Source: an uncultured Chlamydiales bacterium | GTDB lineage: Bacteria > Chlamydiota > Chlamydiia > Chlamydiales > JAAKFR01 | Reading direction: 5' to 3' | Assembly: GCA_963699155.1 (NCBI GenBank) | Contig: OY969414.1 | Coordinates: 192,001-256,000, forward strand | DNA length: 64,000 nt | In this document: in pieces, positions 10,075 through 20,050 of the stretch | Position numbering within the stretch: position 1 is the first letter of the stretch | How the letters are laid out: the number at the start of each line of letters is the position of its first letter | Translations under genes and position numbers: made by a program | Notes under the pieces: model-generated | What the model was told of the DNA's origin: nothing | The model's input: the letters and a program-made list of their open reading frames with translations, nothing else | The model's database searches: none

Positions 10075-10604
10075 TGCCACCCATCGATCCCATTCCTCTG
10101 CTTAGCCTGACACTTGCCGAAGGAGGCTCTGTCGTTTTGCTGACAGCCGGGCAGGAAGTGAGTTTCGCGAGCCCCCTGATCGAGTTTCTCAAGAGAAAAG
10201 GAGAAAAGCTCTTTGTGGTTGACCTCAGAGAGATGCGTGAGCCCCCCTTTGACGATCCAGCCTTTCTCACGAGCAGCGCTTTCGTCCATCAAATTCGAGC
10301 CCTGAAAGACAATTATGATCGCATTCTTATAGTGACTACAGGCCCCGCAGCTTGTTATCAAACCCAGGCTTTGATTCGAGTTGCCGATTCGATTGTCTAT
10401 GGAATTAGTGGAGAATCGCTGATGGAAGTGCACTCCCTTCCGGAGAAAACTATTTTTCTCATTCAACCCCACGAGCAGCGACCATTTCTCTCGTTGAAGG
10501 AGATTACTCCCCGCTTGGAGCAGCTCCTTCAGACGAAGAAGCTTTCTTCTTTTTCCTCGGCGCAGAACGCTTGGGACGCTCTTTTTCCTTCAAAGAGGTC
10601 TTAA
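10068..10604 (+). pseudogene. C-terminal degenerate kinase-like part of the Wzc-like gene in the -1 frame
   Basis: VVDLR...LKDNYDRILIVT...ADSIVYG resembles a Wzc/MinD-type C-terminus. Joins the upstream ORF if one base is added near 10068. Confidence 0.5.
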
Positions 10605-11601
10605 GGGCATCGGCAAGGGGAGATTTCATCGTTTCGAGGTAGACAAGCTCTCGCTCCCCTTTATCATTCTCCCCTCTCAAAAAGTAGAGCCTTCCGAGCA
10701 AATAATGGCTCTTCTCATGATCGAGGTCGATCGACAAGGTTTTGTGGAGCACTTCGATCGCTTTATATTCATCTTTGATATCGATATGGGCGATGGCGAG
10801 ATAGAATGAAGAATCGGCATCCTGGCTATTTCTCTTCAGCGCCTCATGGAAGCAGTTGATTGCCTTTTTCGACTTGTTGGCAGAGAGGTAACAGAGACCC
10901 AAGTTGTAATAACTATCAGAAACATCGGGACGCAGCTCCACCGCCTTTTCATAGGCTGCCATCGCTTCAGACCATTTTTTTTCATAGGAGTGGAAGAGGC
11001 CGAGTTTGATCCACCCTTTCCAGTAGGTCGGATTGATCTCCACCGTCTTTTTCAGACAGTCGATCGCACTACCAGTATCTCCCTTCTCCCCCAGCACGAG
11101 AGCCAGATTATAAGAAGCTTTGTAGTGGGAAGGGTCATTCTGGAGCGCCTGACGATAGTAGTTCTGTGCATCTTGGAATTGGCCTTCCTGGTCGTGGGCG
11201 CAACCAAGGCTAAAGAGACATTCGGCATCCCGTGGATGCTCTTTCAGATAGATCTGATATTGCTGGATCGCCTCTGAGCCCATCCCTTTCCGTTCAAAGG
11301 CAGCGCCTAAACAATAGTGGAGATAGCCATTCTCAGGATCGACCTCTAAGCCCTGCTCACACCAGCGCTGACCCCGCTCCACATTGCCCAGTTCCAAAGA
11401 GATAATGCCCAGATAGCAATAGGCTAGAGGCAGATTGGGATCAAACCTGAGAGCCTCCTGAAATTCCTCTTGCGCTTCCTCATATTTCCCATCGAGAAAC
11501 TTTCCCACCCCAGCACAGAAATACTCCTTGGCGAGGTTGGAATCTTCGGCAGGCAGCGAATTTCCCATACAGCAGCTCCTTTGGTTGGCTGCCACATTCA
11601 C
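10504..11601 (-). CDS. Tetratricopeptide repeat protein
   Basis: About nine consecutive TPR units (e.g. AYCYLG, YHYCLG, SYNLA, YYNLG); syntenic between suf and pbp2 as in Chlamydia. Confidence 0.9.
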   Translation of the reverse strand: MNVAANQRSCCMGNSLPAEDSNLAKEYFCAGVGKFLDGKYEEAQEEFQEALRFDPNLPLAYCYLGIISLELGNVERGQRWCEQGLEVDPENGYLHYCLGAAFERKGMGSEAIQQYQIYLKEHPRDAECLFSLGCAHDQEGQFQDAQNYYRQALQNDPSHYKASYNLALVLGEKGDTGSAIDCLKKTVEINPTYWKGWIKLGLFHSYEKKWSEAMAAYEKAVELRPDVSDSYYNLGLCYLSANKSKKAINCFHEALKRNSQDADSSFYLAIAHIDIKDEYKAIEVLHKTLSIDLDHEKSHYLLGRLYFLRGENDKGERELVYLETMKSPLADALKTSLKEKERPKRSAPRKKKKASSSEGAAPSGE

Positions 11602-11620
11602 GCAAGTTCGATGCCAAGCC

Positions 11621-12586
11621 TTATCTACCTACTAAATCGACAATGCCCCCTTTAAAGTAGCCGCTGATGAAACCCAAAATAGATACAGCTTCATGTTCAA
11701 AGAGTTTCTTATCTTTCTCAACATAAGCCCCTTCAACTAATCCATAAGCGAATTCAAGCTGCCTCTGGTCCTTCTTATACAGTTTATCAGCATATTGCCA
11801 GAGGGCAATGCGTCGGTCGTGATCTGAAAAGCCTTCTTTACGTTTTTGCATGAGCTTTTGACCTAGCGCTTGACCAGCTTCTCTTGTTTTAACCTCAGAT
11901 TGAAGAGCCCCCACATCGAGTTCTGGGAAAGAGGCCTGGTCCGGTGTCAGAGCAGTCCGTTCAAATTGCATTTTTCTCTTGGATAGCAAAGAAGAAAAAT
12001 CAGGAGTTAGAAACCCTTTTTGAGCCAGTTGTTCAACTTGAGTGCAATATTCCGATCCAAGTGCATTTTTGACAAAATCGATGGCATCATAAAGAGGAAC
12101 TCTTCCCATATTATAGAGCTCTTCTGCCAATTGGCAAACAGCCAGTTGATGCTCCTCTGTCGAATAGCCCTCTTTTTTATTTCTAATACCTACTTGATAA
12201 TGAGAGTCAGCCTCCACTTCCAGATCAAGTTCAGGATAACTCTGCACTAAGTAGGTTTTGAAGTCTGCCGGACTGTCAAACTTCTTCCCTTTGGAATGGT
12301 GCTGATCGCTAGCACGTACCTCTGCAGGTGTGGGTTCCAATTGAATGGGTTTCAACAGAAGCGCGCAAAGCGCGACTCCTGAAATAGCCGTGACTCCAAG
12401 CCCCGTCGCCGTTGTGGCAATGAAGGCAAGCTGTGAAAAGTGGTTCATCCCTGCTATACCGACCAGTGCTGTGATCGTGCCTACTGCGAGAAAGGTGATG
12501 GCACCCCATTGCAATCCTGCATTCAGCCGCTCACTTCTCTCCTCACTTGTTCGAGGAATGGAAAAATTATTACTTACTGATGACAT
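11621..12586 (-). CDS. Inc-like protein (bilobed hydrophobic N-terminus) with two copies of an ~100-aa repeat
   Basis: Two adjacent hydrophobic helices at about residues 25-78; repeats begin YPELD and FPELD; paralogue of 12608-14029. Confidence 0.65.
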   Translation of the reverse strand: MSSVSNNFSIPRTSEERSERLNAGLQWGAITFLAVGTITALVGIAGMNHFSQLAFIATTATGLGVTAISGVALCALLLKPIQLEPTPAEVRASDQHHSKGKKFDSPADFKTYLVQSYPELDLEVEADSHYQVGIRNKKEGYSTEEHQLAVCQLAEELYNMGRVPLYDAIDFVKNALGSEYCTQVEQLAQKGFLTPDFSSLLSKRKMQFERTALTPDQASFPELDVGALQSEVKTREAGQALGQKLMQKRKEGFSDHDRRIALWQYADKLYKKDQRQLEFAYGLVEGAYVEKDKKLFEHEAVSILGFISGYFKGGIVDLVGR

Positions 12587-12607
12587 ATTTGATTTAAACC
12601 TATAATA

Positions 12608-14029
12608 TTAAATTGCTTCATCCGAAGAGTGGACGCTCTCACTGTCGGAAAGACTTCCTGAAGAGGATCCATTTTCATCATCTTCAGAGGGTGTGCCTTC
12701 GCTGATCGGCCTTGCTTGCCATTCATGGTAAGTCGTTAACAAGGCAGCTGTACTCTTAAAAAACCCTCTTCTAATTAGCTGCTTATTTGTGAGCGAGTCT
12801 GCTAGCATAGCTCCATCATCTTGGTAACTGCTCCGCAAAAACCCTGCTATGAAGTCGAGGGGTTTCTTTTTTTCAAAGAGATGGTTAGCCAGTCGCCAAA
12901 GCGTACTTTTATTTTCCTCATCATGAATCCGTTCTGGAAGAGTTTCGGCTGCTGCTATTCCTGCTTCTACACTATCATCATTGGCGGCCTGCAGAAGTTC
13001 CTCAGCCAAAGCAGGAAAATACAAGTCCCTGTAAATGCTTGGACAGCGCTTAGCTGCCTCATAGAAATTGGCAGAGAGTAGGTTTTGATGAGTAGCCAAC
13101 TCTGAATTGAAAAGTGAAAGATCACCCTGATAGCTCTGCATCAATAAACCTGATAGAAAAAAGAAGAGGGGTCTACCGCTTTGATGAAGATAGTCAGCAA
13201 ATTGCAAAAGAGCGGCCCTCCGCTGTTCATCGGTAAAACAGGAACCTTTCGGGGTCTGAAGAAAAGTTTTGGCTGCTTCAGCTCCTGCTTCAACCGTGTT
13301 AACTCCTGAAGCGGCTAGGAGTTGTTGTGCATCCAATTCAGGAAAATAGTGGTCTGCATGCTCGGTAATGGTGTCTGGGTCAAGTCCACCTGCACGGAAA
13401 TCTTGTAACTCTTTTGCAAGCATGGCTGTTGCAAATGATGATGAAACGACTCCCTCTTTAGCCAACTCATCTACGGATTGACAGAAAGCAGGTCCAAAGG
13501 CATTCAGAAGCAACCCTTTAGCAAAACCTGTAGAGCTCTCACCTAAGGTGAAAAGCTCATCCGCGCATTGGGCTAATGCAATTGTTTGATCTTCCAGAGA
13601 GAACCCTTCTTTCCTTAATGCCTCATAGCCAGCGTGAATACCTGTTTCTAAAAGTTCTCGGCGTTCAAACTGAAAGAGGGAATCGATATCAAGCTCTGGA
13701 TAGCGTCCAGTGAAATAGGTTTTACGAAGCTCCCTAACACATTCGAAACGCGTAGCGGCACGGACCTCGGCTTGAGTCGCTTGAACCGGAGACCTTAAAG
13801 TGTGTCTGGCAAGGACTGCCCCAGAGAGGAGAGCAACGATCGTGCTGGCTGTTACTGAGGCATTATAGACGGTGGGGGGGAGGTAGTGGGCAGCGAAAAG
13901 GGCGGCAGTGGCTCCAATGACGCCAAGAACAAGCAAGGTGAGTGCTGAATATTGTACTTTTTGGTTAGCTTTGATGGCTCGCTCAGTAATAACTTGAGGA
14001 GCCTGATTATTATAAATTATAAATGCCAT
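12608..14029 (-). CDS. Inc-like protein with three copies of the same repeat and an acidic Ser-rich tail
   Basis: Bilobed hydrophobic segment; repeats YPELD, YFPELD, YFPALA; tail SEDDENGSSSGSLSDSES. Confidence 0.65.
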   Translation of the reverse strand: MAFIIYNNQAPQVITERAIKANQKVQYSALTLLVLGVIGATAALFAAHYLPPTVYNASVTASTIVALLSGAVLARHTLRSPVQATQAEVRAATRFECVRELRKTYFTGRYPELDIDSLFQFERRELLETGIHAGYEALRKEGFSLEDQTIALAQCADELFTLGESSTGFAKGLLLNAFGPAFCQSVDELAKEGVVSSSFATAMLAKELQDFRAGGLDPDTITEHADHYFPELDAQQLLAASGVNTVEAGAEAAKTFLQTPKGSCFTDEQRRAALLQFADYLHQSGRPLFFFLSGLLMQSYQGDLSLFNSELATHQNLLSANFYEAAKRCPSIYRDLYFPALAEELLQAANDDSVEAGIAAAETLPERIHDEENKSTLWRLANHLFEKKKPLDFIAGFLRSSYQDDGAMLADSLTNKQLIRRGFFKSTAALLTTYHEWQARPISEGTPSEDDENGSSSGSLSDSESVHSSDEAI

Positions 14030-14108
14030 ATTAGTTATAAATTAAAATTTTTATAGTATTATAATTAAATCTAAATTAAATTTATACAAAAATTTAATAT
14101 TAAGGACT

Positions 14109-17100
14109 TTAGATGGAGCGCTTTTTGATTTCGCGCCACTTTTTGATCACCTCGACGGCGAGAGGGGCGGCATCTCGGCCCCACTCCCCATAGCGGAGGT
14201 AGACGACGACGACGAGTTCAGGGAGCTGTAGGTCAGCTGTCTCGTAGGAGACGGCCCCAAACCAGACATGTTTGAGCTTCATACGGCCATTGAGGCCGTC
14301 GAGACCCATCCACTCGATCACCTCAGAGGTGCTTGTCTTGCCGATGATTTGGCGCATGAGCTCTGATGGATACTCTCTGATAAGCTGACGGGCAGTCCCT
14401 TTTTCACCCCAGATGACCTGCTTCATGCCAGTCAAGAGCATCTCCTGGATCTGAGAGGGAAGGAAGACTTTACGGCGGATCTCTGGTTTCGTGAAGTGAA
14501 TGTTATCGGCTGCCAATTGGGCCTTGACGACGTGGGGGGTGAGAATTCCGCCCCCATTCACGACCGCAGCGAGCATGATTGCCGTTTGGAGGGGTGTCCC
14601 TACGAGAGAGTGTTGGCCGATCGAGAGGGAGTAGAGGCCTGTCCGGTTATAGGAGATGTCTAGGGGGAGACGGCCCGCATACTCCCCAGGGAGGTCGATT
14701 CCTGTTTTCTCTCCGAAGCCGAGCTCGTTGGCTGCCTTGCAGAGATCCTCAGGGTCGTCGAGGATATCGCCTGAGAGAAGGGCGAAGTAGGGGTTACTGG
14801 AAGCGGCGATTGCTTTGATGAGATCGACCTCACCTACCCCCGAGTGGTCGGTTCGAGGCAAACGGCCTCCTCGATAGAACATGGGAATGACCTTCCCATC
14901 GAGGGTAAAACCGACATTCCATAGGTCGCCATTGCCCGGGATTTTGCGTTTGTCATCGACGATTGTCAGTGGGTTAAGAGTGGAAAGGGCCTCTCCCTGC
15001 TCCTTGAGGGTCAAATAGCGCTGCTTGAGAACAGCATAGGCAGGGACAATTTTAAAGATAGAGCCGATGGTCGTTGCCTGGCGATAGGCATGTGAACGGG
15101 AGAAGCCCATTCCGGTTGGGGGATAAAAGGCGGCTGCTAGATCACGCTCTAGATGGCCCCTCAGACCTGAATATTTTCCCAGCAAGGGTCGATCTAGCTG
15201 GTCAAAGGTGCGGAGTGTCATTAAGAAGGGGATTACGAGGCGTTTGTCGAGTGGGTCAGTGATCGCTCTCAAAAGGTGATAATGGTAGACCCAGTCGAGA
15301 CCTTGATGGGCTCCCGATTCGATCTCTTTTTTCCAATAGGCTAGCGCTGAAGAGTAGGGGTCTTCACCACCTTTTTCCCCTTTCAGTAGAAGGGCGATCA
15401 GAGGCCACTGATTTTGCTGCCAAAAGGCGTTAAAGCGCTCCTTCTGGACCATTTCGAGATATTCGATAAAGGGCCTAGCATATTTTTTGTTGGCCGCCTT
15501 TTCTTCAGCCCTTTTCTCAGCCAGATGCTCTTTAAAATGGGCTTCACGCCACCTCTTGAAGTCGTTTTCAAGATAGATCTCACGCGTCAATCGTTTGATC
15601 GATTCCGAGACAGAACTTAAGCGTGCCGCGGCCTCGCGATACTCGCTCAAGGTCATCTCTCCGAGAAGATCTGCCAACTGAGGATGAAATGCGGCGCCAT
15701 TGACGGCGAGACGATAGAGATCGGTGAGGAGCAGTTTTTCATAATTCATCGACAGAGTGGAAAAGTAAGGAGCTAACTCATTTTTGAGATGGTCCACCTC
15801 TTCTTTTACTGTTTCAAAGCGCTCCTTCAAAAACTCTTTCTGCTTCAAAGTGATCACACAGCCGATCGGCTCATTGTGAGAACCGCTATAGACCCAATCG
15901 AAAATTTGTGGGGCTGTCAATTGAAAGGTCCCTTCCTGAAATTGAGCTAGCAGGTGATCGACCCTCTTTTGCAACTCGAGGGCCTCTTTCAAGTGATTTT
16001 TCCGCTCCATCATTTCTCGAACTGGAGAGTGGTGGGGCAAGATAAAGCTCAAAAATGCATCCCAGCCCATTTCGATGCTATCGACAGAGTACTGATCCTT
16101 CACGAAACGGGGGCGCGAATAGGCAATTTTCATGTCCCAGACTCGCCCCAAATAGCTTTCTGTTTCGAGCCACTGATTGACATTTTTATTTTTTTGAACT
16201 GCTTCAGGATCATTTTCAGGGCGGATGAAATCGTTAGGATCAAAACCTGGAAAAGAGGCGAGCGCATAGACCTCCCCTGTTTTAGGGTCGAGAGCAACAA
16301 TGGCCCCTCCCTTAATCCAGGGCTGATTTTCTGGAATCAGAGCTCTTCTTTTGAGGGCGGAAGGTTGGTTGCTAAAAGGCTCAGTATCATATTCGGCGAG
16401 CAGCTGCTGGCAAAAAGCCTGCAATTCTGAAGAGAGTGAAAGAATGAGACGATTGCCAGGGATAGGGTTTTCGGAGCCGGGCAATTCTCGCAAAAAATTA
16501 CCTCTGATATCGGAGAGGTAGACATGTTTGCCACATAGCCCACGTAAGTTTTCATCGTAAGCCGCCTCAACTCCCATTTTGCCGACAGAATCATTGATTC
16601 GGTAGGCCTTCTTCTCGAGCTCCTCGAGACGTTCCCTCACCTGATCGATCGAGTGATACTCTCCCAAATCGAGCTGCTGCTCACCCTCTTCATAGCTAGC
16701 TAAAGTTTCTCTCAATGCCCCCATCTCTTCAGTGACGGCGTCATATTCCCTCCGACTGATAGGACCGATATAGCCCACCACCTCCCCACCGACGTTTCCA
16801 AGGGGATAACACCGTTTTGCCGCCACCTCGGCATGGACCCCTGGCCAATCCTTTGCCATCATCTTCAAACGAAAATATTGCTCTTCGGAGATATTCTCCT
16901 TGATGACACAGGGAACATTTCCGAGGATGGCCGCTTTGGAATGGATCAGATCTTCGAGCCATTGAGGTTCCAGATTGAGCTCCTCACCCAGATGTGAGGC
17001 CAGTGTTGTGATATAGCCATTACGTTCAAAAAATTTGACCCGTCTCCCCGTTTCATCCTCTTTCCAGACCCAGCGGGGCAGATCGCGGATCGGTCCATAA

Positions 17101-17342
17101 GAGATGGCGGCATTGTACTGAACTTTGTTGATAGCTAAAGGAACGCCAAAACGATCATAAATGGAGGCTCTTTCACTGCGCTCTAGAACGGTTCTTCTTT
17201 GCGGCCGTTTCGACTCCTCAACTTTCTTATCATGCTGCACCACGGCCAGTTGCCAAATACGAATCGCCACCAAAATGAGAACGACGAGGGTCCCATTTAA
17301 AATTTTATTCGCCTTTTCTGGCAGACTATTTGACTTTCTCAC
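14109..17342 (-). CDS. mrdA: Penicillin-binding protein 2, long chlamydial type
   Basis: N-terminal anchor, RASIYDRFG, RCYPLG dimerisation domain; transpeptidase motifs GSIFK, SSN, KTS. Confidence 0.88.
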   Translation of the reverse strand: MRKSNSLPEKANKILNGTLVVLILVAIRIWQLAVVQHDKKVEESKRPQRRTVLERSERASIYDRFGVPLAINKVQYNAAISYGPIRDLPRWVWKEDETGRRVKFFERNGYITTLASHLGEELNLEPQWLEDLIHSKAAILGNVPCVIKENISEEQYFRLKMMAKDWPGVHAEVAAKRCYPLGNVGGEVVGYIGPISRREYDAVTEEMGALRETLASYEEGEQQLDLGEYHSIDQVRERLEELEKKAYRINDSVGKMGVEAAYDENLRGLCGKHVYLSDIRGNFLRELPGSENPIPGNRLILSLSSELQAFCQQLLAEYDTEPFSNQPSALKRRALIPENQPWIKGGAIVALDPKTGEVYALASFPGFDPNDFIRPENDPEAVQKNKNVNQWLETESYLGRVWDMKIAYSRPRFVKDQYSVDSIEMGWDAFLSFILPHHSPVREMMERKNHLKEALELQKRVDHLLAQFQEGTFQLTAPQIFDWVYSGSHNEPIGCVITLKQKEFLKERFETVKEEVDHLKNELAPYFSTLSMNYEKLLLTDLYRLAVNGAAFHPQLADLLGEMTLSEYREAAARLSSVSESIKRLTREIYLENDFKRWREAHFKEHLAEKRAEEKAANKKYARPFIEYLEMVQKERFNAFWQQNQWPLIALLLKGEKGGEDPYSSALAYWKKEIESGAHQGLDWVYHYHLLRAITDPLDKRLVIPFLMTLRTFDQLDRPLLGKYSGLRGHLERDLAAAFYPPTGMGFSRSHAYRQATTIGSIFKIVPAYAVLKQRYLTLKEQGEALSTLNPLTIVDDKRKIPGNGDLWNVGFTLDGKVIPMFYRGGRLPRTDHSGVGEVDLIKAIAASSNPYFALLSGDILDDPEDLCKAANELGFGEKTGIDLPGEYAGRLPLDISYNRTGLYSLSIGQHSLVGTPLQTAIMLAAVVNGGGILTPHVVKAQLAADNIHFTKPEIRRKVFLPSQIQEMLLTGMKQVIWGEKGTARQLIREYPSELMRQIIGKTSTSEVIEWMGLDGLNGRMKLKHVWFGAVSYETADLQLPELVVVVYLRYGEWGRDAAPLAVEVIKKWREIKKRSI

Positions 17343-17433
17343 AAATTACTATCCATTGAGGAGCATATTCTCCGTATCACAGAGGGTAAAACCTTGCACA
17401 TAATTGGGTTCATTTTCTATATTTTTCTCACTT

Positions 17434-17504
17434 GCGCCTGTAGCTCAATGGTAGAGCCGTAGCCTTCCAAGCTACTTGTGTCAGTTCGATTCTGATCAGG
17501 CGCT
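17434..17504 (+). tRNA. tRNA-Gly(TCC)
   Basis: GCGCCTG/CAGGCGC acceptor stem, TAGCTCAATGGTAGAGC D arm, GTAGC-CTTCCAA-GCTAC anticodon arm, GTTCGATT T loop. Confidence 0.95.
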
Positions 17505-17529
17505 CATTTTAATTTTAACCAAGACCGAA

Positions 17530-17561
17530 ATCCTGGTGTAAAATCATTACAAAACCAGGAT
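17530..17561 (+). promoter_or_regulatory. Hairpin in the rpsB 5' leader, possible S2 autoregulatory element
   Basis: ATCCTGGT...ACCAGGAT with inner TGTAA/TTACA pairing, upstream of rpsB. Confidence 0.35.
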
Positions 17562-17591
17562 GCTCAGGTTTTAACCCAAGGCTTGGATTCT

Positions 17592-18413
17592 ATGCAGAAG
17601 GAAGTTTCCGTTAAAGATTTACTCGAAGCCGGCGCCCATTTTGGACACCAAAAAAGACGCTGGAACCCGAAGATGAAGCGATTTGTTTTCGACGTCCGCA
17701 ATGGTTTATACATCATTGATTTGGCTAAAACCCTCGAACAACTCCGTCAATCACAAGGTGTCGTCGAAGAGGTTGTGGCACAGCGCAAATCGGTCCTCTT
17801 TGTGGGAACGAAAAAGCAGGCCAAAGCGGTGATCCGAGAGGCCGCAGAAGCGTGTGGTGAGTTCTATGTCTGTGAAAGATGGCTCGGTGGAATGCTCACC
17901 AATATGACGACGATCCGTCAGTCGATTAAAACACTCGAGAAGATTGAAAGACGGGTGACAACAGGAGGGGATGGGCTCACCAAAAAAGAGCTTTCACTCC
18001 TGACGAAAGAACAGGAAAAACTGGAGAGAAACCTCTCTGGCATCCGCACCATGCGTAAGAACCCGGGCCTTCTCGTCGTCGTCGACCCTAGTCATGAGCA
18101 TATCGCCGTCGCTGAAGCGAAAAAACTGGGAATTCCTGTGATGGGACTTGTCGATACCAATTGCAATCCCGATCCGATCGACTATGTCATTCCATGCAAT
18201 GATGATGCTCTCAAAAGCGTGAAGTTGATCGTCCAATCGCTCGCTCAGACCATCATAGACAAGAAAAATGAGCTGAACTTCTCGATCGGTGAAGATGAAG
18301 AGGGTGAGAAACCAACATCCGAAAGAGGTCGTGGTAGAGACAAAGATGAAGAGAAACCAACTTCCGAACGAGGTCGTGGTAGAGACAAAGATAAAGAAGC
18401 AGTGGAGGTCTAA
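17592..18413 (+). CDS. rpsB: 30S ribosomal protein S2
   Basis: LLEAGAHFGHQ..RWNPKM, RWLGGMLTN, DTNCNPD, PCNDDA. Confidence 0.97.
   Translation: MQKEVSVKDLLEAGAHFGHQKRRWNPKMKRFVFDVRNGLYIIDLAKTLEQLRQSQGVVEEVVAQRKSVLFVGTKKQAKAVIREAAEACGEFYVCERWLGGMLTNMTTIRQSIKTLEKIERRVTTGGDGLTKKELSLLTKEQEKLERNLSGIRTMRKNPGLLVVVDPSHEHIAVAEAKKLGIPVMGLVDTNCNPDPIDYVIPCNDDALKSVKLIVQSLAQTIIDKKNELNFSIGEDEEGEKPTSERGRGRDKDEEKPTSERGRGRDKDKEAVEV
18306..18395 (+). repeat. Two-copy 45-bp tandem repeat in the rpsB 3' end
   Basis: GAGAAACCAACATCCGAAAGAGGTCGTGGTAGAGACAAAGATGAA followed by a near-identical copy; encodes EKPTSERGRGRDKD(E/K) twice. Confidence 0.9.
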
Positions 18414-19255
18414 TGGCTCAAGTAACCCCCCAACTCGTCAAAGAACTGCGCGAACGCACTGGCGTTGGCATGGCTAAATGCAAAGAGGCTTTAGATGCCT
18501 CTGGAGGCGACATCAATCTTGCGATTGAAAACTTGCGTAAAGCAGGGGTGGCTTCAGCTGTCAAGAAAGAGGGTCGCGAAACTAAAGAAGGGGTGATCAA
18601 AATCGCAGACGACAAAGAGAAGATCGCCCTGGTTGAAGTCAATACTGAGACCGACTTTGTTGCGAAGAACGAAAAGTTCCAAAAGTTCGCTCAAGACCTA
18701 GCGGAAACTGTTCTCAAAAGCGCTCCCAATAGTATTGGCGAGTTTATTCAGCAGAAATTTGACGGCAAACAGACCGTCGATGAATATCGCGCCTCGATTA
18801 TCCAGAGTCTTGGCGAAAACATCCAGATCAGACGGGTTGAGCTCTTTCCACGTAAGGCCAACGCCTCGCTCGCCGTCTATTCGCATGGCGGCGGTAAATT
18901 GGTCACGCTGGTCGAAATTTCAGGTAGCTCTGCAGAGAATGAGCTCGCGAAAGAGATCGCGATGCATGTCGCTGCCGAATCTCCTGAATATCTCAGTCAT
19001 GAAGAGATCCCCCCAAGAGTGATCGAACATGAAAAAGAGATCGCACGTGCCCAAATTCAAGGAAAACCTGCCAACATCGTTGAAAAAATCCTCGAGGGCA
19101 AGTTGAAGGCCTATTATGATCAAGTCTGCTTGGTCAACCAAAAGTTCATTAAAGACACGAATATAACCATCGCCGAACTTGTCACCAAGAAGGGAAAAGA
19201 GAGGGGCAAGCCATTGAAAGTCTCCTATTTTCTCCGTTGGAGAGTGGGCGAGTAA
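18413..19255 (+). CDS. tsf: Elongation factor Ts
   Basis: VKELRERTGVGMAKCKEAL; EVNTETDFVA. Confidence 0.97.
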   Translation: MAQVTPQLVKELRERTGVGMAKCKEALDASGGDINLAIENLRKAGVASAVKKEGRETKEGVIKIADDKEKIALVEVNTETDFVAKNEKFQKFAQDLAETVLKSAPNSIGEFIQQKFDGKQTVDEYRASIIQSLGENIQIRRVELFPRKANASLAVYSHGGGKLVTLVEISGSSAENELAKEIAMHVAAESPEYLSHEEIPPRVIEHEKEIARAQIQGKPANIVEKILEGKLKAYYDQVCLVNQKFIKDTNITIAELVTKKGKERGKPLKVSYFLRWRVGE

Positions 19256-19259
19256 AACT

Positions 19260-19979
19260 ATGCCCTCCGTTCGGCGCGTCCTTCTGAAAGTCTCCGGTGA
19301 AACCTTGATGGGAGAAGCTCCCTTTGGGGTCACTCCGGAGGCAGTTTCCTTAGTTGCCAACAAGATCCATGCACTCCATCAGCAGGAGTATGAGGTTGCT
19401 GTTGTGATTGGTGGTGGAAATATCTTTCGCGGCCTCCAGCAGGCGGCCTCATGGGGTATGGCACGCACGCCAGCTGATCAAGTGGGCATGCTCGCGACTT
19501 TGATGAACGGTATTGTCTTGAGCGCAGCCCTTCGCTCTGCTGGAAGCGATGTGCGCATGCTCACCGCGCTCGACTGCCCCACCGTTGCAGAGAAATATCG
19601 GTGGGAAAAAGCGATGCGCCATCTCCAAAAAGGCCGTATCCTCCTCTTCGTTGGAGGGACTGGCCACCCTTACTTCACTACCGATACCTGCGCTGCTCTT
19701 CGCGCTTGCGAAATCAAGGCTGACATCCTCCTCAAAGCGACGGCGCGCACCGATGCCATCTACGATCGCGATCCTCATAAAGTCTCAGACGCAAAAAAAT
19801 ATAGTCACCTCTCTTTTGACGAGATGCTCGATCAAAAACTCGGGATTATGGACCTCTCAGCGGTCACCATGTGCATGCAGGCCAATATCCCCATTAAAGT
19901 TTTCAATTTTTATTCTGTTCCGCTGGCTGACGCGATCACCGACGCCTCCATCGGAACATTGGTGACAAATGGAAAATGA
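19260..19979 (+). CDS. pyrH: UMP kinase
   Basis: RVLLKVSGE, GGGNIFRG, GTGHPYFTTD. Confidence 0.97.
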   Translation: MPSVRRVLLKVSGETLMGEAPFGVTPEAVSLVANKIHALHQQEYEVAVVIGGGNIFRGLQQAASWGMARTPADQVGMLATLMNGIVLSAALRSAGSDVRMLTALDCPTVAEKYRWEKAMRHLQKGRILLFVGGTGHPYFTTDTCAALRACEIKADILLKATARTDAIYDRDPHKVSDAKKYSHLSFDEMLDQKLGIMDLSAVTMCMQANIPIKVFNFYSVPLADAITDASIGTLVTNGK

Positions 19980-19994
19980 GCCCCGAAACGGCAC

Positions 19995-20040
19995 TTGCGA
20001 GTACAAAATAAACTCCGTGAAGGTTTTTGCGAGTACAAAA
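19995..20040 (+). repeat. 14-bp direct repeat TTGCGAGTACAAAA x2 in the pyrH-frr spacer
   Basis: Copies at 19995-20008 and 20027-20040. Confidence 0.8.
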
Positions 20041-20050
20041 GGAAAAAATT

